The notes under the pieces were generated by a model, which worked only from the letters and a program-made list of their open reading frames with translations, was not told where the DNA came from and did no database searches. The position numbers and the translations under genes were made by a program. Positions 58,893 to 64,000 of a DNA stretch of 64,000 nucleotides are shown here, one piece after another (the stretch's first letter is position 1; each line of letters starts with the position of its first letter). The stretch comes from a candidate division WOR-3 bacterium (lineage in GTDB: Bacteria; Hydrothermota; Tepidihabitantia; Tepidihabitantales; Tepidihabitantaceae): NCBI GenBank assembly GCA_965649205.1, contig CBFGJV010000007.1, forward strand, positions 17,466-81,465, in the 5' to 3' direction.

Positions 58893-60832
58893 TGGGAAAT
58901 AAGCAGCGTAGAGAGACTGATGCGTACGGAGCTACTTGGCAAGAGCCGGTGTCGTCAGATGCTTTTTCCTCGCCGATGGCTTTCTGCAATGTAGTAATCC
59001 GTCGTACCCGGCTTGATGCGCTAACCTACCATTATGATCCGGCTACATCGGGAGAATTGCATGTTGGAGACTGCGTGCAGGTGACGCTGCGGGGTCGGAA
59101 GGTACAGGGCATAGTCACCGAAATTATCAAAGAATCCGAGGTGAAAAAAACTCTTCCTGTCCTTAAGCTACTGGAGCGTTCTCTCGTTAGCCAGCAGTTG
59201 CTGCTCTTGTTCCGGAGGGTTGCAAAATACTACTGGGCAAGATTGGGAGAGGTACTCAAAGTTGCCCTTCCGCCTAACATAGGCGCCTATCGAACTCGTC
59301 GCACCAGAGACGTAGATACGAGTCAGCTCGTAGTCTGTGAGGATGCTACAGACCGGTCGTCTGTCAGTGAGGTACGTTTTCAAGATAACCGATTTCGTGT
59401 GTTTTTTACCTTTGCTGTTGCGTTAAATTCAACGGTGGAAGAGTTCTTACAGGTACGCGGCAGGCAAGGAGGAGTGATTATTCTGCTCCCCATTGAAAAG
59501 TTGCGGGACTGGAAATCTTGTTTGCATTCTCGTTTTGGACAGCGAGTAGTTGAGTATCATCATGAGATGAGCGAAGCACAGAGGAAACGCGCCTGGCAAC
59601 AGATACGCAATCAGCATAATCCTTTAGTTCTTGGTGTGAGATCTGCTGTATTCGTGCCGGTTCAGCGGCTCTCCGGTGTTGTCGTAGTAGAAGAGCATAG
59701 TCCTCGTTTTAAGGAGGAGCGACATCCTGCTTATCACGCCCGAGACGTAGCCATAGCAAGGGCCAGAGTAGCCGAATGTCCGGTTCTTCTCTGTGATTAC
59801 ACGCCTTCTCTGGAAACTTGGTACAATTTGAAAGCCGGAGTTTATGTTCCATTGGGAACAGCCATTGCTGGAGATCACTCTGCCCGCGTTTTTGTTGTTG
59901 ATATGAACCTGCACCGCGAAGGGCTTTTTTCTGAGAGGCTAAGACGCGAAATGGCGAAGGCACTGGAAGGTGGTAGTGTTATTCTCTACATGAATCGACA
60001 AGGATTGTCGCGTTATGTCGTTTGTACGGAGTGTGGCTGTGTTCTGCAGTGTAAACAGTGCAATATTCCGCTGGTACTTTATGCAGATCAGACAATGGTG
60101 TGCAGCTTGTGTGGGGCAAAGGTTCCGGCACCGGAATGCTGTCCTAATTGTCAGGGCTATTGCTTCGAACTTCGCGCCCCGGGAATAGAAATGTTAGTAC
60201 GTGAGGTAAGAAAGCTTTTTCCCCGAGCGCGGGTAGAGAAAGTTAGTGAGCGTGGAAAGCTGCCGTCTGCGCTGCCGGCAGAGCCGGGTACCGTCTTTGT
60301 CGGAGCACAGGCGCTCCTTTATCGCAGCTGGCCAAGCACTACGCGATTGGTAGCTGCGGTGCGGTTTGACTACGATTTGATGCTGCCAGATTTCCGTTCT
60401 CAAGAAAGGGCTTTTCAGACGCTGTATGAAATGGTGTACAGAGCGAAAGCTCTAGGAAGTAAGCTTTTGGTTCAGACTTGGCGACCAGATAACCCGGCTG
60501 TGCGTTGTGCCGTTGAACAGGATCTGACAGGATTCTTGGAACAGGAATTGCAGGCACGAGAGCAGATTGGTTTTCCGCCGGTAAAAAGGCTGGCTCTTAT
60601 CGAACTTTCCGGCAAGAACGAGAGGGCTTGCAGGCATGCAGAAAGGGTATCGGCGCTTCTTAGCCAATATCCAGGTTTAGACACTCTTGGACCTGTATCT
60701 GTACGGTCCGGCCTTTACCGACTGTTGGTGAAGATTCCTCGTTCCACCAGCTTAGACCGATTGATTACTCCGGACCAGCTGTCGACACCAGGGGTGGAGG
60801 TTAGGGTGGACATCGACCCTATGAGGTTATAG
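58892..60832 (+). CDS. priA: Primosomal protein N' (PriA) homolog with degenerate Walker A and B motifs
   Basis: Conserved PriA architecture. Cys-rich region CTECGCVLQCKQCNIPLVLYADQTMVCSLCG...CCPNCQG. C-terminal domain present. Walker A position reads AVALNSTV (expected GVTGSGKT). DEEH position reads VEEH. Confidence 0.8.
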   Translation: MGNKQRRETDAYGATWQEPVSSDAFSSPMAFCNVVIRRTRLDALTYHYDPATSGELHVGDCVQVTLRGRKVQGIVTEIIKESEVKKTLPVLKLLERSLVSQQLLLLFRRVAKYYWARLGEVLKVALPPNIGAYRTRRTRDVDTSQLVVCEDATDRSSVSEVRFQDNRFRVFFTFAVALNSTVEEFLQVRGRQGGVIILLPIEKLRDWKSCLHSRFGQRVVEYHHEMSEAQRKRAWQQIRNQHNPLVLGVRSAVFVPVQRLSGVVVVEEHSPRFKEERHPAYHARDVAIARARVAECPVLLCDYTPSLETWYNLKAGVYVPLGTAIAGDHSARVFVVDMNLHREGLFSERLRREMAKALEGGSVILYMNRQGLSRYVVCTECGCVLQCKQCNIPLVLYADQTMVCSLCGAKVPAPECCPNCQGYCFELRAPGIEMLVREVRKLFPRARVEKVSERGKLPSALPAEPGTVFVGAQALLYRSWPSTTRLVAAVRFDYDLMLPDFRSQERAFQTLYEMVYRAKALGSKLLVQTWRPDNPAVRCAVEQDLTGFLEQELQAREQIGFPPVKRLALIELSGKNERACRHAERVSALLSQYPGLDTLGPVSVRSGLYRLLVKIPRSTSLDRLITPDQLSTPGVEVRVDIDPMRL

Positions 60833-60916
60833 AAAGTTACGATCTGGCTTTTGCTTGACGGCTGTCAATTTGGTTTCTATGCTTACTGATAAAGCTATAT
60901 TACCCGGGAGGAACAA

Positions 60917-62086
60917 TTGTCTGAGAGACAGAAATTGATGCGAAAAAGCAAGACCGGCCTGCAAGCGCAACTGGTTAGGTCACCTGCTTCAAGGCGTGGG
61001 GCTGCGGTGTCCGTGTCGGTGATAAAGGCTGATATCGGAGGTTATGTAGGGCATTCTGCTAGCCATCCGGAGATTCTGGGCAGGGCCCGGGAACTTTTGG
61101 AAAAAGCCAAAAGAAAAGGAGTGCTGATAGATTTTCACGTAACCAACTGCGGAGATGACCTCGATTTGATAATGACCCATACAAAGGGTAATGATAGTCC
61201 GGCTGTCCACAAGCTGGCGTGGGACGTATTTACTAGTTGTACCGCCTTGGCTGCGGAATTGAAGCTCTATGGTGCGGGGCAAGATATATTGGTCGATGCT
61301 TTCTCGGGAAATGTCAAGGGTATGGGCCCTGGGGTGGCCGAGATGACTTTTGTAGAGCGCAAGTCTGAGCCAATTGTTGTATTCTGTGGTGATAAATGTG
61401 CGCCGGGAGCGTGGAATTTACCGCTTTTTCGCATGTTTGCCGATCCTTTTTGTACGATTGGATTGGTGATAGATCCGACGATGCATGACGGTTTTCGTTT
61501 TGAAGTGCACGATGTTCATGGCGGTAAGGATATTTTGCTTGCTTGCCCTGAAGAGATGTACGACTTGCTGGTTCTGGTGGGTGCACCAGAGAACTACGTA
61601 ATCAAGAACGTATTTAGGAAAACCGGGGATATCGCAGCCACCAGTTCTACCCAGAAACTTGCCCTTATTGCAGGGCGGTACGTAGGCAAGGATGACCCGG
61701 TTATGATAGTGCGATGTCAAGCAGGCTTCCCTGCTGTAGGTGAAGTTCTGGAGCCTTTTGCTTTTCCGCATCTGGTTTCTGGTTGGATGCGAGGTTCTCA
61801 TTATGGGCCGCTTATGCCCGTGTCGCAGGAAGAAGCCACTCCTTCCAGGTTTGACGGGCCGCCGCGAGTAATAGCTTTGGGTTTTCAGCTAAATGATGGG
61901 AGATTGGTTGGACCGAGAGATATGTTTGCCGACCCGTCTTTCGATTCGGCTCGTAAGCAGGCCAACGAAGTTGCAGATTATCTGCGGAGGCATGGCCCAT
62001 TCGAACCACATCGACTTGGCTTGAGGGACATGGAATACACTACTTTGCCACAGGTACTGGAAAAGCTCATTGGTAAGCGAAAGTAG
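60917..62086 (+). CDS. fbp: Fructose-1,6-bisphosphate aldolase/phosphatase (class V FBPase)
   Basis: SVIKADIGGYVGHSASHPE matches the N-terminal signature of the bifunctional FBP aldolase/phosphatase family. Start is either TTG 60917 (GGGAGG upstream) or GTG 61007. Confidence 0.8.
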   Translation: MSERQKLMRKSKTGLQAQLVRSPASRRGAAVSVSVIKADIGGYVGHSASHPEILGRARELLEKAKRKGVLIDFHVTNCGDDLDLIMTHTKGNDSPAVHKLAWDVFTSCTALAAELKLYGAGQDILVDAFSGNVKGMGPGVAEMTFVERKSEPIVVFCGDKCAPGAWNLPLFRMFADPFCTIGLVIDPTMHDGFRFEVHDVHGGKDILLACPEEMYDLLVLVGAPENYVIKNVFRKTGDIAATSSTQKLALIAGRYVGKDDPVMIVRCQAGFPAVGEVLEPFAFPHLVSGWMRGSHYGPLMPVSQEEATPSRFDGPPRVIALGFQLNDGRLVGPRDMFADPSFDSARKQANEVADYLRRHGPFEPHRLGLRDMEYTTLPQVLEKLIGKRK

Positions 62087-62092
62087 GTGTAG

Positions 62093-63139
62093 ATGTCAGC
62101 AGTTAATGAGCCTGCGTTGCCGGACTCTTCTTCTACTAGCAGAATGACGTACCAAGCTTCCACAAATGACATAGAATCTGTGCGTAGACTCAAAGATGCT
62201 CGTCAACGAATTGAACAAGAGGTGGAGAAAGTGATCGTGGGACAGAAGCAGGTTGTTGAGCAGGTTTTGGTATGTCTTTTGGCACACGGACACGCTTTAC
62301 TCATCGGCGTCCCGGGACTAGCGAAGACGCTTCTTGTGAACACGTTGGCTAGGGTACTAGACCTTTCTTTTCAGCGCGTACAGTTTACACCGGATCTTAT
62401 GCCTTCTGATATTACGGGTACCGAGATAATTGAAGAAGACCAGACTACGGGCAAGCGAGTATTTCGGTTTGTTGCCGGTCCGGTTTTTGCTAATGTGGTA
62501 TTAGCAGACGAGATAAATAGGACCCCTCCCAAAACTCAAGCAGCATTACTGCAGGCGATGCAGGAATACAGAGTTACTGTGTCTGGCCAGACTTATGAGC
62601 TGCCTGCACCATTCTTCGTGCTGGCGACGCAGAATCCGATTGAGCTTGAGGGTACCTATCCTTTGCCAGAGGCACAACTGGACCGTTTTATGTTCTCCAT
62701 TCGCATCGACTATCCCTCCTTGGAGGAAGAAAGAGAAATTGTAAAGAGCACAACTTCTGCCTACTTACCCAAGCTGGCGAAGATACTTTCTGCTTCTGAG
62801 ATAATAGAATTGCAAGCTTTGGTACGTCGGGTTCCCGTGGCCGACGAGGTTATTGACTATGCGGTAAGGCTAGCCGCGAGCACAAGACCTATGGCTAGTA
62901 GCAGCCCGCAATTTGTTAAAGACTGGGTAAGCTGGGGTGCGGGCCCTCGGGCTTCACAGTACCTGGTTTTGGCCGCAAAGACTCGCGCTCTTTTGGCAGG
63001 ACGTTATACCCCGACGCGGGAGGATGTGAAGTCTGTGGCTCAGCCTGTGTTGAGTCACCGTATTGTTACTAATTTCACAGCAGAGGCAGAGGGTATAAGG
63101 GCAACAGACATTGTTGAACGTTTGCTGGCGCTTGATTAG
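62093..63139 (+). CDS. moxR: MoxR-family AAA+ ATPase
   Basis: GHALLIGVPGLAKTL Walker A, DEINRTPPKTQAALLQAMQE Walker B/sensor, and a MoxR C-terminal lid. Confidence 0.85.
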   Translation: MSAVNEPALPDSSSTSRMTYQASTNDIESVRRLKDARQRIEQEVEKVIVGQKQVVEQVLVCLLAHGHALLIGVPGLAKTLLVNTLARVLDLSFQRVQFTPDLMPSDITGTEIIEEDQTTGKRVFRFVAGPVFANVVLADEINRTPPKTQAALLQAMQEYRVTVSGQTYELPAPFFVLATQNPIELEGTYPLPEAQLDRFMFSIRIDYPSLEEEREIVKSTTSAYLPKLAKILSASEIIELQALVRRVPVADEVIDYAVRLAASTRPMASSSPQFVKDWVSWGAGPRASQYLVLAAKTRALLAGRYTPTREDVKSVAQPVLSHRIVTNFTAEAEGIRATDIVERLLALD

Positions 63140-63166
63140 CAGGATGAGATAGATAGAGGCAAACTG

Positions 63167-63622
63167 ATGAGTAAGGTTAATCCTTGGCTGGTGCATTTAC
63201 GGAGTCTGCACAACGGGGAGAACAAGTTGGCTCTTGAGGTGGATATCGAAGATCTGGGCGGTACAGTGCGAGAGGTTGCTGAAAACCCTTTATTTGAGGC
63301 GTTGCTGGGACCCTTGGCGGCGAGGTTGTTGATTGTGAAGTCGGGAAGGGGCATCATGGTAAAGGGAAAGGTTGAATTCGAAGCGCGGTTGCGATGTGCG
63401 ATTTGTGGTCGGCTCTACGAGAGCAGTTTCTGTGAAGATTTGAGCTGTGAGTTTGTGAGTGAGGAAGAGAGGGAGATAGTAGAAAAAGAGTTGAATGGTG
63501 CAGAGCTTGAACAGGAATGGTTGCAGGGCGATATTTTGAATCTGGCGCGACCGCTAAGAGACACGATACATCTGGCTATACCTATAGCGCCGGTTTGTGG
63601 ACAGGAATGCGAGGTGGAATAA
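63167..63622 (+). CDS. DUF177 (YceD-like) protein
   Basis: 151 aa with paired Cys motifs (CAICGRLY; CGQEC) and an acidic segment typical of the YceD/DUF177 family. Confidence 0.6.
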   Translation: MSKVNPWLVHLRSLHNGENKLALEVDIEDLGGTVREVAENPLFEALLGPLAARLLIVKSGRGIMVKGKVEFEARLRCAICGRLYESSFCEDLSCEFVSEEEREIVEKELNGAELEQEWLQGDILNLARPLRDTIHLAIPIAPVCGQECEVE

Positions 63623-64000
63623 TGAGCGTGAGAAGAAGAGTACGGTGTTTTTTATATTGGTGGCATGTTGAGTTCTCGCTAAGCCGAATTGTGTTGATTT
63701 GCCTGGCTTGGGGGCTCTGTCCAAGATTTGGTTATGCGATGTTCGAACGGAACTGGGCGACTGTGCGTGCTGAGGGTATGGGAGGTGCTTTTGTCGCCAT
63801 TGCTGATGACGCCGGAGCTGCTTTGTTGAACCCGGCGGGTCTTTACCAAGTGGACGTGCGGGAGTTTACCGGAGGGTACAAATGGCTTTACGGAGGAGTA
63901 GGTACAGATCTGCATTCGGCGAATGCCATTTTTTCACTGCCTGTGGCTAGAATTGGAACGACGAGTTTAGCTTTGGTGGAGACCGGGTTTGAACAACATT
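63622..64000 (+). CDS. FadL/PorV-family outer-membrane beta-barrel protein, N-terminal part (gene continues past the window end)
   Basis: Signal peptide then RAEGMGGAFVAIADDAGAALLNPAGL, the N-terminal signature of FadL-like / PorV-PorQ-type barrels. Its ATG overlaps the DUF177 stop. Confidence 0.5.
   Translation, partial: MSVRRRVRCFLYWWHVEFSLSRIVLICLAWGLCPRFGYAMFERNWATVRAEGMGGAFVAIADDAGAALLNPAGLYQVDVREFTGGYKWLYGGVGTDLHSANAIFSLPVARIGTTSLALVETGFEQH

Noticed and set aside
1-64000. Mobile elements, integrases, CRISPR arrays, restriction-modification or toxin-antitoxin pairs
   Set aside because: No transposase or integrase-like ORFs, no inverted terminal repeats, no regularly spaced direct repeats and no small paired ORFs with TA-like features were seen. 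The window reads as core chromosome.

Overview
This 64 kb window is a chromosomal segment (GC roughly 55%) from a Gram-negative diderm, probably an anaerobic member of the FCB superphylum or a related candidate phylum. The lineage guess rests on Lpt and TamA/TamB genes, several T9SS-type C-terminal sorting domains, a four-subunit 2-oxoacid:ferredoxin oxidoreductase, a class V FBP aldolase/phosphatase and selenocysteine machinery. Mostly housekeeping content. No mobile elements, integrases or CRISPR arrays were seen.

Gene content, in order: the 3' part of rpoC, then rpsL-rpsG with no fusA/tuf after them. A convergent PgeF/YfiH-like gene and recJ. An ArnT/PMT-like glycosyltransferase with TPR repeats. 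A frameshifted TonB-dependent receptor. A porGDAB-type oxidoreductase operon next to a 1-Cys peroxiredoxin. A frameshifted papain-like peptidase with a T9SS C-terminal domain. A detached adk-map-infA-rpmJ module next to pyrG. A long co-directional lptC-lptA-lptB-rpoN-selB-selD-mscS block. A cluster of envelope proteins ending in a 2109-aa secreted protein. An rpsJ-to-rplF ribosomal block (S10 and spc operons). tamA-tamB, priA, fbp, moxR, a DUF177 gene and the start of a FadL/PorV-family gene.

Most notable observations:
- selD is itself a selenoprotein. The ORF track split it at an in-frame TGA at 28904 that aligns with the catalytic Cys/Sec of SelD, and a candidate SECIS hairpin follows.
- The ribosomal S10-spc block is cut after rplF by a textbook intrinsic terminator, followed by a near-consensus sigma70-type promoter for tamA.
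- uL24 carries a CxxC...CxxC zinc-ribbon-like C-terminus and uL4 carries a ~40-aa acidic insertion.
- The 2109-aa protein combines a signal peptide, an M14 zinc carboxypeptidase domain, two families of tandem Ig-like repeats and a T9SS C-terminal domain. It lies divergently next to a DUF2723 membrane glycosyltransferase-like gene.
- The PriA homolog has lost the Walker A lysine/glycines and the Walker B aspartate.
- Two ORF-free regions (8772-9491, 31972-32645) may hold unannotated RNAs or regulatory structures.
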